From Myxococcota bacterium (lineage in GTDB: Bacteria > Myxococcota_A > UBA9160 > PR03): a stretch of 51,448 nt of DNA. Shown in pieces: positions 39,633 to 49,071 of this stretch. Under the pieces are notes generated by a model. That model saw only the letters and a program-made list of their open reading frames with translations. It was not told where the DNA came from and ran no database searches. Position numbers and translations under genes: made by a program. The stretch spans positions 1 to 51,448 of the forward strand of contig JANQRO010000187.1 in NCBI GenBank assembly GCA_028284525.1. Direction: 5' to 3'. Within the stretch, counting starts at the first letter, position 1, and each line of letters begins with the position of its first letter.

Positions 39633-40805
39633 ATGCAGAACGCCAAGCCCTTCGAGATCCACATCCCCGACGCGGTGCTGGAGGATCTCCGCGAGCGTCT
39701 CGCGCGCACGCGCTGGGCGCCCGAGTTCGCCAACGACGACTGGCGCTACGGGACGCGACGCGCCGAGCTCGAGACCCTCTGCGCCTACTGGCGCGAGGAG
39801 TACGACTGGCGCGCCCAGGAAGCGCGGATGAACGCGCTCCCGAACTTCCGCACCGAGATCGAGGGCATCCCGATCCACTTCGTGAAGGTGGCGGGGCGGG
39901 GCCCGCGACCGATGCCGCTGATTCTCTCCCACGGCTGGCCCTGGACCTACTGGGACCTCCACAAGGTGATCGAGCCCCTCGCGAACCCGGCCGCACACGG
40001 TGGCGACCCCGCCGACGCCTTCGACGTCGTGGTGCCCTCGCTCCCGGGCTATGGCTTCTCGAGCCCGCTCACCACGACGGGAATCAACACCTGGCGCACC
40101 GCAGACCTGTGGGACGTGCTGATGCGAGAGGTGCTGGGCTACGAGCGCTACGCCGCCCAGGGCGGAGACTGGGGGGCGATCCTCTCCGCCCACATGGGGC
40201 ACAAGTACGCGGCGAATCTCTACGGGATCCACATCACGCTGACGATTCCCCTGGCCTTCGACGCCGACGGGCTCCCCGGACCCGACGAGTACGGCCCCGA
40301 GGAGGCGGGCTGGCACCAACGTTCCCAGACCTTCTTCTCGGAAGGGAGCGGCTACTCGGCGATCCAGGGAACGAGACCCCAGACCCTGTCCTACGGTCTC
40401 CACGACTCCCCGGCCGCGCTCTTCGCCTGGATCCTCGACAAGCGCCGCGCCTGGAGCGACTGCGGCGGCGACGTGCTGCGTCGCTTCACCCGGGACGATC
40501 TCTGCACGACGATGACGATCTACTGGGCCACCGAGACCTTCGGAACCTCGGCCCGCTACTACTACGAGTTCTTCCACCACCCGTGGCCCGGCGTGCACGA
40601 GCGGCGCCCGGTGGTCGAGGCGCCCACCTCCGTCGCGCTCTTCCCCGGCGAGATCTTTCAGATGCCGCGGCGCTGGGCCGAGGGCTACTACAACCTGCAG
40701 CGCTGGACCCCGATGCAGAGCGGTGGGCACTTCGCGCCGATGGAGGAGCCCGAGGCGTTGGTGGCGGACATCCGCGAGAGCTTTCGCGCCGCCCGCGCCC
40801 GCTAG
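39633..40805 (+). CDS. Epoxide hydrolase (microsomal/EHN type)
   Basis: DLRERLARTRW, YDWRAQE, HGWP, PSLPGYGFS, AQGGDWG, DSPAAL.AWI, GGHFAPMEEP. Confidence 0.93.
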   Translation: MQNAKPFEIHIPDAVLEDLRERLARTRWAPEFANDDWRYGTRRAELETLCAYWREEYDWRAQEARMNALPNFRTEIEGIPIHFVKVAGRGPRPMPLILSHGWPWTYWDLHKVIEPLANPAAHGGDPADAFDVVVPSLPGYGFSSPLTTTGINTWRTADLWDVLMREVLGYERYAAQGGDWGAILSAHMGHKYAANLYGIHITLTIPLAFDADGLPGPDEYGPEEAGWHQRSQTFFSEGSGYSAIQGTRPQTLSYGLHDSPAALFAWILDKRRAWSDCGGDVLRRFTRDDLCTTMTIYWATETFGTSARYYYEFFHHPWPGVHERRPVVEAPTSVALFPGEIFQMPRRWAEGYYNLQRWTPMQSGGHFAPMEEPEALVADIRESFRAARAR

Positions 40806-40890
40806 ACGCTTCGGAGGGTCCGAGGCCCCCGGGTCTCGGGCCGGCTTCACGGGCCCTCGGGAAGACGCGCCGCGCGCGTATACTTGCGCG

Positions 40891-42057
40891 ATGAGCTTTC
40901 GAGAACACGCGGCGATCGTGGGGGTCGGCGAGCTGGCGCCGGCCAAATCGACGGAGGGATCCACCCTCGACCTCATGGTCCAGGTCGGGCTCGACGCCAT
41001 CGAGGACGCGGGGGTCGAATTCGGGGCCGTCGACGGTCTCCTGGTGCACCCGGTGGGTGGGGTGTCGATGCTCGTTCCCTCGACCCTCGTCGAGCTGATG
41101 GGGATCCCCGCGCGTTTCGCCGAGACCGTCGACCTCGGCGGCGCGACCGGCGCGGGCATGGTCTGGCGGGCCGCCCAGGCGATCGCCGCGGGGATGTGCG
41201 AGACCTGTCTGTGCATCACCGCGTCGTCCAAGCGGGCGCGTCGACGCGGCTCGGGGATCGAGGGAATGCGCGACCACTCCGCCTACGCGGAGTTCGAGGT
41301 CCCCTTCGGTGCGATCGGCGCGAACTTCGGGTACGCCCAGATCGCCATGCGCTACCAGCACGAGTACGGGGTGGCGCCCGAGACGCTGGCGAAGATCGCG
41401 GTCCAGCAGCGCGACAACGCCTGTCTCAACCCGGACGCGATCTTCTACGGGCAACCGATCGGCGTGGACGACGTGCTCGACTCGCCGATGGTGGTCGACC
41501 CGCTCCATCTGCTCGAGATCGTGATGCCCACCGGGGGGGGCGCCGCCCTGCTGGTCACCACGGCGGAGCGCGCGCGCAGCCTGGGCAAGCCGGCCGCGGT
41601 CCTGCTGGGGGCCGGCGAGAACGTGACCCACAAGTCGATCACCTACGCCCCGGATCTGTGTCACTCGGCGGTGGCCGACTCGGCGCGGGCGGCCTTCCAG
41701 ATGGCGGGGGTCACCCCGGATCAGATCGATCTCGCGTCGCTCTACGACTGCTACACGATCACCGTCCTCCTCACCCTGGAGGACGCCGGGTTCTGCGCCA
41801 AGGGCGCGGGGGGTCGTTTCGTCGAGGAGCACGACCTGCGCGCCGGTGGCGACTTTCCCCTGAACTCCCACGGTGGACAGCTCTCCTTTGGCCAGTCCGG
41901 GATCGCCGGGGGCATGAGTCACGTCACCGAGGCGGTACGCCAGCTCCAGGGCCGCGCCGGCGAACGCCAGGTCTCGGATCTCGAGCTGGCGTTTGTGAAC
42001 GGCAACGGCGGCATCATGAGCGAGCAGGTGAGCCTCGTGCTCGGAGCGCAGTCGTGA
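40891..42057 (+). CDS. SCP2/Ltp2-type thiolase-family protein
   Basis: AAIVGVGE, NACLNPDA, DPLHLLEI..GG.A, LYDCYT, NSHGGQLS, EAVRQLQG; TATACT 6 nt upstream, no SD. Confidence 0.9.
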   Translation: MSFREHAAIVGVGELAPAKSTEGSTLDLMVQVGLDAIEDAGVEFGAVDGLLVHPVGGVSMLVPSTLVELMGIPARFAETVDLGGATGAGMVWRAAQAIAAGMCETCLCITASSKRARRRGSGIEGMRDHSAYAEFEVPFGAIGANFGYAQIAMRYQHEYGVAPETLAKIAVQQRDNACLNPDAIFYGQPIGVDDVLDSPMVVDPLHLLEIVMPTGGGAALLVTTAERARSLGKPAAVLLGAGENVTHKSITYAPDLCHSAVADSARAAFQMAGVTPDQIDLASLYDCYTITVLLTLEDAGFCAKGAGGRFVEEHDLRAGGDFPLNSHGGQLSFGQSGIAGGMSHVTEAVRQLQGRAGERQVSDLELAFVNGNGGIMSEQVSLVLGAQS

Positions 42058-42470
42058 GTGCGGGGCTCCGACCGCCGCCGCTCCCCCACCCCTCGGTCCT
42101 CACCCAGCCGTTCTGGGACGCCACCGCGCGCGAGGAGCTGCTCCTCCAGCGCTGCGAGGCCTGCGGCGCCTACGTCTTCTACCCCCGTCACAACTGCACC
42201 GCGTGTGGCGCGCGCGCCCTCGAGTGGGTGAAGGCGGGGGGCACCGGCACGGTCTTCACCTACACCGTGGCGCGGCGGCCGACCCACCCGGGCTTCGCCG
42301 ACCGGGTGCCGTACGTGATCGCGGTGGTCGAGCTCGACGAAGGCCCGCGCATGACGACCAACCTCGTCGACTGCTCCCCCGAGGACGTGTCGATCGGGAT
42401 GCGGGTGGAGGTCGTCTTTGGCCCGCTCGAGGACGGCTTGCGACTGCCCTACTTCCGCCCGGCGGCCTGA
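42054..42470 (+). CDS. DUF35 Zn-ribbon/OB-fold protein
   Basis: GTGA overlap; PFWDA, QRCEACG..FYPR..CTAC, GTVFTYTV, VELDEGPRMTTNLV. Confidence 0.92.
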   Translation: MSAGLRPPPLPHPSVLTQPFWDATAREELLLQRCEACGAYVFYPRHNCTACGARALEWVKAGGTGTVFTYTVARRPTHPGFADRVPYVIAVVELDEGPRMTTNLVDCSPEDVSIGMRVEVVFGPLEDGLRLPYFRPAA

Positions 42471-42492
42471 TTCGTCTCCGGTCGAGCCGATC

Positions 42493-42966
42493 GTGGCCGC
42501 ACGCGTCCTCGCCTATTCCGACCTCGCGGTCCACGTGGGTCAGGAGCTCGGCGTCTCCGGCTGGATCCGGGTGACCCAGGACGAGGTCGACGCCTACGCG
42601 GACGCCACCAACGACCACCAGTGGTTCTGCGAAGACCCCGAACGCGCCGCCCGCGAGTCGCCCTTTGGCGGGACCGTCGCTCCCGGGTACTTCCTCCTCG
42701 CGCTGGTTCCGGGTCTGCTGAAAGAGCTCTGGTATGTGGACGGCGCAAGGATGGCGATCAACTACGGGATCGACCGGCTGCGCTTCCCGGCCCCCCTGCG
42801 CGTCGGGAGGCGGGTGCGTCTACGCGCCGTCCTCGCCGCCGTGGTCGACCGGGACCGCGGCCGGGACGTGACCCTCGAACTCGCCCTCGAGGGAGACGAC
42901 GGGTCCGCCCCCGTGTGCGCGGCCCGCGTGGTCTACCGCTTCCTCGCGCCGGGCACCGGCTCGTGA
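42493..42966 (+). CDS. MaoC-family (R)-enoyl-CoA hydratase
   Basis: VGQELGVSGW, YADATNDHQW, SPFGGTVAPG, INYGIDRLRFPAP. Start approximate. Confidence 0.85.
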   Translation: MAARVLAYSDLAVHVGQELGVSGWIRVTQDEVDAYADATNDHQWFCEDPERAARESPFGGTVAPGYFLLALVPGLLKELWYVDGARMAINYGIDRLRFPAPLRVGRRVRLRAVLAAVVDRDRGRDVTLELALEGDDGSAPVCAARVVYRFLAPGTGS

Positions 42967-42994
42967 GCCGGGGTGTGGGGATCGCTCCGCCCCG

Positions 42995-43864
42995 CTACGC
43001 CGACCCCGAGAGACGCGCGAGGACGTTGTCCGCGGCGTACTGCTCGTCGCCGTCGTAGCGCGGGGCCTGGGCGGCAAACGCCGCTTCGGCGCCCCGCCAG
43101 CGCTCCTCGGCGATCTCGACGACGTGGGGGTGGGTCACGATGAAGAACTCCTCGTCCCGGACCCCGCGCAGGGCTCGCGCGGCGATGTCCTCCGCCGGAA
43201 GCCCCAGAGCCATCGCCGCCGCGCCGAGTTCGTTCCCGGGTTCGGCACCGCCGTAGGCCTCGTGACGTCGCTCGGTCGCGCGCCAGAGCGTGCTCTCGAC
43301 GATGCCCGGGCACAGCACGCTCACGCCGACACCCTCGGGAAGCTCGCGACGCAGCACGTCGGAGAGACCGAGCACGGCGTGTTTGGTCGCGGTGTAGAGG
43401 CCCGCTTGCAGGTGCGGCACCCCGAGGCTGTGCTCGGAGCCCGTGTTGACGATCCAGCAGGCCCGCTCGGAGGCGACGAAGCGGGGCCCGAATACACGGA
43501 TCCCGTTCATCACCCCGCCCACGTTGACGCCGAAGCACCAGTCGAGCTCCGACGCGCTGGTCTCGACCAGCGGCTTCATCGGGTGGATCACCCCCGCGTT
43601 GTTGAAGAGCAGCTCGACCGAGCCAAATCGCTCCCACGCGCGATCGGCGAGCTGCCGGAGGTGGTCCTCCTCCACGACATCGACACGCATGGCGAGCGAA
43701 CCCACGCCGTGTTCGGCGGCTTCGGAGGCGACCCGCGCGGCGGCGTCTTCCTCGATGTCGGCGACTGCCACGTTCACGCCTTCGGCGGCCAACGCCAGCG
43801 CGATCGCGCGCCCGATTCCGTTGCCCGCTCCCGTGACGACTGCGGAGGTCCCCGCAAGCTCCAT
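42995..43864 (-). CDS. Short-chain dehydrogenase
   Basis: TGAGNGIG, FNNAGV, NTGSEH, YTATK, CPG. Confidence 0.92.
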   Translation of the reverse strand: MELAGTSAVVTGAGNGIGRAIALALAAEGVNVAVADIEEDAAARVASEAAEHGVGSLAMRVDVVEEDHLRQLADRAWERFGSVELLFNNAGVIHPMKPLVETSASELDWCFGVNVGGVMNGIRVFGPRFVASERACWIVNTGSEHSLGVPHLQAGLYTATKHAVLGLSDVLRRELPEGVGVSVLCPGIVESTLWRATERRHEAYGGAEPGNELGAAAMALGLPAEDIAARALRGVRDEEFFIVTHPHVVEIAEERWRGAEAAFAAQAPRYDGDEQYAADNVLARLSGSA

Positions 43865-43906
43865 GGTGGCTCCTTTCTCGTGAGGCGACCGTCGTCGCCG
43901 AGGGGG

Positions 43907-45136
43907 TCAGTGGGGGCGCAGCGCGTACCGGATGGGCACGCGTTTCGGGCCGCCGACGAAGAGCGTCTTCGCGGCGGGCGCCGGTCCTGCGAGCTCGAGG
44001 GAGGCGAGACGCGGGACGAGGTGCCGGAAGAGCGAGCGCAGCTCCATCCGCGCCAGGTGCGAGCCCAGACAGAAATGCACGCCGTACCCGAAGGCGATGT
44101 GTTGATCCGCGTTGGGCCGCGCGATGTCGAAACGCAGCGGGTCGTCGAAGACGTCTGGATCGTGGTTGGCGGCGAGATAGGAGAGGTAGATCCAGTCGCC
44201 TTCGCGGATCGGCTGTCCGGCGATCTCGGTGTCGGCGGTCGCGGTCCGCATGAAGTGTCGCACGGGGCTCGTCCAGCGGAGGATCTCCTCGACGGCGTTG
44301 TCGAGGAGCTCGGGCCGTTCCTGCAGGGCGGCGAGCTGCTCGGGGTGCTCGGCGAAGGCCTGCACGCCGCCGGCCATGGCGCTCGAGGTGGTGTCGTGCC
44401 CCGCGGTGGCGACGATCAGGTAGTACCCCATCTGTTCGAGCTCGGGCATGGGTGCGTCGTCGATCTCGCCGTTGGCGATCAGGGTGGCGAGGTCGTCGGT
44501 CGGGTGCGCGCGGCGGCTCTTGGTGAGCTCCGTGAAGTAGCTGTAGAAGTCGGCGAGGACCGCGGCGAGCTTCTCCGGCCCGAGGGGCTCCCGCTGGAGG
44601 TCCGGGTCGTCGGCGCCGAAGAGCTGTTGGGTCAGCATCAACATCCGCGGGAAGTCCTCCTCGGGGAGACCGAGCAGCCGGAGGATCACCCGGAGCGGAA
44701 AGGGCAACGCCACCTCGCTCGCGAAGTCGCAGGAGCCGCCCAGCCCCTCGAGGGTCGCGATGGCCTCGACCGAGAGCGCGTCGAGGTCGGCCGCCATCCG
44801 CCGGATGCTCGCCGGTTTGAACCAGTCGCTGGTCAGGCTGCGGTACTTGCGGTGCTCCGGGTCGTCCATGTGGATCAACGCCTTGACGTTCCCCCCCTGC
44901 GCCATCTGCGCCTCGCGGTCGGCGATGCGCGCCAACACCGGTTCGGGCCGGTTGGTGAACAGCGCGGGTTGCCCTTCGACCTCGCGCAGCGTCGAGAGGT
45001 CGGTGATGGCCCAGAAGGGATGAAAGCCCTCCGCCTCGACGCGGTGGATGGGCCCTTTGGCGTGGAGCTCGAGGGCGCGTCGTCGCCAGCGATCGAGGTC
45101 GCCGAAGGCGTGGGGGTCGGTGAAGAGGTCGGTCAT
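43907..45136 (-). CDS. Cytochrome P450 (CYP108-like)
   Basis: MDDPEH, YYLIVATAGHDTTSS, EILRWTSPV.HFMRTA, AANHD, FGYGVHFCLG. Confidence 0.92.
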   Translation of the reverse strand: MTDLFTDPHAFGDLDRWRRRALELHAKGPIHRVEAEGFHPFWAITDLSTLREVEGQPALFTNRPEPVLARIADREAQMAQGGNVKALIHMDDPEHRKYRSLTSDWFKPASIRRMAADLDALSVEAIATLEGLGGSCDFASEVALPFPLRVILRLLGLPEEDFPRMLMLTQQLFGADDPDLQREPLGPEKLAAVLADFYSYFTELTKSRRAHPTDDLATLIANGEIDDAPMPELEQMGYYLIVATAGHDTTSSAMAGGVQAFAEHPEQLAALQERPELLDNAVEEILRWTSPVRHFMRTATADTEIAGQPIREGDWIYLSYLAANHDPDVFDDPLRFDIARPNADQHIAFGYGVHFCLGSHLARMELRSLFRHLVPRLASLELAGPAPAAKTLFVGGPKRVPIRYALRPH

Positions 45137-45159
45137 GTCGGGTCCTCGCGTCTCGATGG

Positions 45160-46185
45160 CTAGACCAGGCCGTAGCGGATCAGGCTCTCGCCCATCTCGA
45201 CCACCATCTCCTCGATCCCGCGCGGTTTCCAGCCGAGGCGCTCCCGGATCTTCGAGGAGTCGATGTCCTGGCGGTTCCCGAGCTCGGGCAGCACCAGACG
45301 CGTGGTCTTGTCGAAGAGCGCGACGCCGCGGATCACGAAGTTCGGGAGCTTGCGGGTCGCGGCGCGGTAGCCGCGCTCGGCGAAGTGACGGTTCAGGATC
45401 TCGACGATCTCCTCCATCCACGTGTGCTCGCCCGCGCAGAGGAAGCGCTCGTTGGCCGCGCTCGGCGCCGTCATCGCGGCGACGTGGGCCGCGGCGACGT
45501 CGCGGACGTCGACGCACGCGTAGCCCAGACGCGGGATCCCCGGGAACTCCTTCGCCATGAACTTGCGCACCGCCTCCGAGGAGGTGGGCGGGGTGTCGGC
45601 GCTGAGAAGCGGCCCGAGGATCAGACCCGGGTTGATCACGGCGAACTCGAGACCGCGCTCGCGCGCGAAATCCCACGCCGCGCGTTCGGCGAGGGTCTTG
45701 CTCTTCTCGTAGGGGTTGAGCCCCTCGACTACCGACCAGTCGCTCTCGTCGAAGGTCTTGGACCCGTCGCGGGCGTGGCCGTAGACGACCGCGGCGAGCG
45801 ACGACGTCATCACGACCCGCTCGACCCCCGCGTCGGCGGCGGCGCGCAGCACGCGGAGCGCGCCCTCCCGCGCGGGAACGATCAGCTCGTCTTCGTGACG
45901 CGGGATCTCGGCGGGAATCGGCGAGGCGATGTGCTGGACGTAGCGGCACCCGCGGGTCGCCTCGTCCCAGCCCGCGTCGCTCCCGAGGTCCGCGACCGCC
46001 ACCTCGAAGCGGTCGGCGTGCTCGGTGTGGGCCGCCAGCGCTTCGCGGAGTGGCGCCTCGCGGCGCTCGGAGCGCACGGTTCCGCGAACGCGGTATCCGT
46101 CGCGCAGCAGGGCGAGGACCGTGTGGAGGCCCACGAAGCCGCCGGCGCCGGTCACCAGGACCGGGGTGTCGTCGTGTGTCGTCAT
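45160..46185 (-). CDS. Extended SDR / aldehyde reductase (dihydroflavonol-reductase-like)
   Basis: TGAGGFVG, HIASP, VVMTSS.AAV, YEKSKTLAERAAW, INPGLILGP, VDVRDVA.AH. Confidence 0.9.
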   Translation of the reverse strand: MTTHDDTPVLVTGAGGFVGLHTVLALLRDGYRVRGTVRSERREAPLREALAAHTEHADRFEVAVADLGSDAGWDEATRGCRYVQHIASPIPAEIPRHEDELIVPAREGALRVLRAAADAGVERVVMTSSLAAVVYGHARDGSKTFDESDWSVVEGLNPYEKSKTLAERAAWDFARERGLEFAVINPGLILGPLLSADTPPTSSEAVRKFMAKEFPGIPRLGYACVDVRDVAAAHVAAMTAPSAANERFLCAGEHTWMEEIVEILNRHFAERGYRAATRKLPNFVIRGVALFDKTTRLVLPELGNRQDIDSSKIRERLGWKPRGIEEMVVEMGESLIRYGLV

Positions 46186-46898
46186 CGGGAAGCGCCTTTC
46201 GGGGAGTTGGGATCGGGGAGGCCCCGACCGGGTTCGGGAGGTTCGATCTGGAGGTAGTCACACGCGGAGCGCAGCGCTTCGCGCGTGAACTCGGAATCGG
46301 AGCGCGCGGCGAGGCGTGTCGGCTCGCCGTGCTCGAGCCGGGCGCTGAGCATCGCGCTCAGCTGGTCGAGGACGAAGGCGACGGCGAGGGGCGGGTCCGG
46401 GTGGCCGATCTCGCTGCGGCGCGCCAGGAGCAGCTCTGTCAGGCGCTCCGCCAGCTCGATCCGGAATTCGGCGAGGTGGTCGCGGAGCGCGGCCTCGTGT
46501 CGCGCAATGGCCAGACCCGCGAGCTTGAAGGTGGGGCGCTCGCGCGCCACCTCTTGGGAGAACTCGAGATAGGCCCGGAGGATGTCGCCGACGGAGGCGC
46601 CCTCCCAACGCGCCGGGTCGACCGCGGCCCGGGTGGTCGCCCGCACCTCCTCCTCCATCCGCTGGAAGACCGCGTAGAGCAGGGTCTTCTTGTCGCGGAA
46701 GTGGTGGTAGAGCGCACCGACCGAGCACCCCGCCCCGGCCGCCACGTCGGCGACCGAGGTCGCTTCGACGCCCTTCTCCGCGAGCAGCGTCGCGGCGGAT
46801 TCCAAGAGTGATTCCTGGGTCTTGCGGCTTCGCGACTGCTGGCCCGCGCGGATCCACTGGAGGTCGCGAATCCAGGGACTCCGCGTCTCTTCGCCCAT
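46182..46898 (-). CDS. TetR/AcrR family regulator
   Basis: HTH ATSVADVAAGAGCSVGALYHHFRDK; ATGA overlap with the next gene. Confidence 0.93.
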   Translation of the reverse strand: MGEETRSPWIRDLQWIRAGQQSRSRKTQESLLESAATLLAEKGVEATSVADVAAGAGCSVGALYHHFRDKKTLLYAVFQRMEEEVRATTRAAVDPARWEGASVGDILRAYLEFSQEVARERPTFKLAGLAIARHEAALRDHLAEFRIELAERLTELLLARRSEIGHPDPPLAVAFVLDQLSAMLSARLEHGEPTRLAARSDSEFTREALRSACDYLQIEPPEPGRGLPDPNSPKGASR

Positions 46899-46923
46899 CT
46901 CGCCCTTCGCCCCCGTGCTCAGC

Positions 46924-46959
46924 GAACCGAATAGTAATTATGATTCGGTTCCCGTGCAA
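46924..46959 (-). promoter_or_regulatory. TetR operator palindrome overlapping a TTGCAC-N17-TACTAT promoter
   Basis: GAACCGAAT-AGTAATTATG-ATTCGGTTC (46924-46951, perfect 9-bp arms); minus-strand -35 TTGCAC 46959-46954 and -10 TACTAT 46936-46931. Confidence 0.8.
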
Positions 46960-47036
46960 GACCCTTCCCTCAGCCGGTCTCGGCAGCGCTGGCGGCCCCG
47001 GCGCTCCCGGGTTGACCGGGGCCGGGGCTCCGCCGG

Positions 47037-48530
47037 CTAGCGCTGAATCACGCGGAGGTAGGCGACGAGGGCGTCGAGCCGGTCGGGGGCGCTCCAGAAC
47101 GCGCCCCAGCGCGGCATCTCGGGGGAGCGGTGGGCGCCGACGGGGTCGCGCCCGTCGATCAGAGATCGCACTTCGGCGCTCGGGAACTCGCCGCCCCGTC
47201 TCCCTTCGATGCGGGTGAGGTCCTTTGGCGGCGTCATCAAGGTGGGGGCCGCGGGGCCGTCGCCGGTCGCATCGGCACCGTGGCAGAAGGCGCAGTGGTC
47301 GGCGAAGAGACGCGCTCCGCGTTGGGCCAGATCGAGCTGGTCCGACGCGTCGAGGTCCACCGCGGCGCCGAGGTCCACGTCGTCGAGCGGCGTCATCCCC
47401 GCGAGCCGGCGCAAGCGCCGCAGCCGTTCTGCCTCGTCCGGCGGAAGACGCAACCCCCCGGATCCGGTGAATCCGGCGATCGTCTCCTCCTGCAGGATCG
47501 CGAAGGCCTCCCGCGACACCTCCGTCTCGGGGGCCAAGCGGATCGCGGTCTCCAGGTAGAGATCGGCGCGGGGCAGCCAGCCCGAAGGCCCGATGCCGAG
47601 CTCGGCCCGGCCCAGGAGGAGGTAGACCTCGGCCGCGTCCCTCGGGGAGTCCTGGGGTTCGGGGAGCAGGTCGGAGAGCTGCGCGGCCGCCACCAGATAC
47701 TCGATCAAGGAGCGGCGGTCGCCGGGGCTGCGACCCTCCACGTGGCCCGCGGCGAGGGCGGCGCGCGCCCGCTCGAGGGTCGTGCCCGCCAGGTCCTCGG
47801 GGCGGAGGGACGCCAAACGCTCGCGCCAGTGGTCGAGGTCCGAGCGGAGGGCGGTGGGGAGCGAGGGGCGCTCCAAGAGCGCGTTCACCAGAGTGGTGGC
47901 GCGCGCGGGATCGCGTTTTACCCGGAGCGCCACGCCCACGGCGTCGGCGAGGGGGCCGATCAACACCGAGGGCTCCTGGCCGGGGTCGCGAAAGACCGCC
48001 TCGTAGGTGTCGAGGGCCTCGCCGAACTGTCGGGTCGCGACCAGGGCAATCGCCCGCTCGAGGCGGTCGAGCTCCTGGAGCTGCGGCTCGCGCAAGAACC
48101 CGTCCGGCCAGGGAGAGTCGACGGCCGGTCGCAGGGTGTGGCACGCGACACAGTCGTCCACCAGCGACTCGACGTAGAACGCGGCGTTCTCGTTGCGTCC
48201 GCGTTCGAAGAGCTCGCGGGCCCGCTGGGCGTCGCGCGCCAGCGCCTGCCCGAAGAGCCGAGCGCCCGGGTCGAGCCCCGCGCCGTGTTCGTCGAGGGCG
48301 GCGGCGCGTGCTTCGAGCGCGCCCAGCGCGGCACGGATCTCGTCGGCGCGCGCCGGGTCGTCAAAGCGGTGTTGGACGGCTTCGGGGAGCAGCACCCGGA
48401 GCTGCGCGAAGATCTCACGCATCGCCGCCCGGGTGGCCTCGTCCGCCCCGGCGCGTTCCACGAGCGCCCACCCGGCAACGAGGAGGGCGATCGCCACCCC
48501 CGTCGCGATCCGTCGTCGCGTCTCCCCCAT
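47037..48530 (-). CDS. Secreted diheme c-type cytochrome with a helical (TPR-like) middle region
   Basis: Signal peptide; CVACH and CAFCH; C-terminal class-I cytochrome c features GDGP..PKDLT..EMPRWG. Confidence 0.8.
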   Translation of the reverse strand: MGETRRRIATGVAIALLVAGWALVERAGADEATRAAMREIFAQLRVLLPEAVQHRFDDPARADEIRAALGALEARAAALDEHGAGLDPGARLFGQALARDAQRARELFERGRNENAAFYVESLVDDCVACHTLRPAVDSPWPDGFLREPQLQELDRLERAIALVATRQFGEALDTYEAVFRDPGQEPSVLIGPLADAVGVALRVKRDPARATTLVNALLERPSLPTALRSDLDHWRERLASLRPEDLAGTTLERARAALAAGHVEGRSPGDRRSLIEYLVAAAQLSDLLPEPQDSPRDAAEVYLLLGRAELGIGPSGWLPRADLYLETAIRLAPETEVSREAFAILQEETIAGFTGSGGLRLPPDEAERLRRLRRLAGMTPLDDVDLGAAVDLDASDQLDLAQRGARLFADHCAFCHGADATGDGPAAPTLMTPPKDLTRIEGRRGGEFPSAEVRSLIDGRDPVGAHRSPEMPRWGAFWSAPDRLDALVAYLRVIQR

Positions 48531-48548
48531 CGGCCTGTCTCCTCGACC

Positions 48549-49001
48549 CTAGTCCGCGTCGCGCCGGAGCTGTGCCCGGAGCTCTTCGCTCGCCATCAGC
48601 TCGACGAAGTTCGATTCGGTGAGGATGCCGACCAGCCGTCCGTCCTCGAGGACGGGAAGACACCCGATCTTGTACTCGATCATCCGCTCGGCGGCCTCGG
48701 TCACCGTGGTGTCCGGGGTCACCCACATCGGGTCGGGCGTCATCACCGATCCGACCAGGACGGCGTCCAGGGCCGCTTCGGCGGCGTCGTCGTCGATCCC
48801 GAGCTTGCGGGCGAGGCCACTCCGGAACAGATCGCGTTGGGTGACGACGCCCACGAGCTCGTTGCTGTGGGACGCGAGCACCGGGAGGTGCCGGATCCGA
48901 TTCATCCCCATCAGGTCGTCGGCGACGCGAAGCACCTCGTCGGAGCGGAGGAACTCGGGAGCGGTCGTCATCAGGCTGCGCACGCGAAACACGGAGAACA
49001 T
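48549..49001 (-). CDS. CBS-pair protein
   Basis: VRSLMTT, IRHLPV, VGSVMTPD, KIGCLPV.EDGRLVGILTESNF. Confidence 0.9.
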   Translation of the reverse strand: MFSVFRVRSLMTTAPEFLRSDEVLRVADDLMGMNRIRHLPVLASHSNELVGVVTQRDLFRSGLARKLGIDDDAAEAALDAVLVGSVMTPDPMWVTPDTTVTEAAERMIEYKIGCLPVLEDGRLVGILTESNFVELMASEELRAQLRRDAD

Positions 49002-49071
49002 CGAGACCTCCTGCCCTCTGGAGACAGCTTGTGCCCTGGCTCGGGGGCGTCAAGGGGAAGCGGACGCTTTG

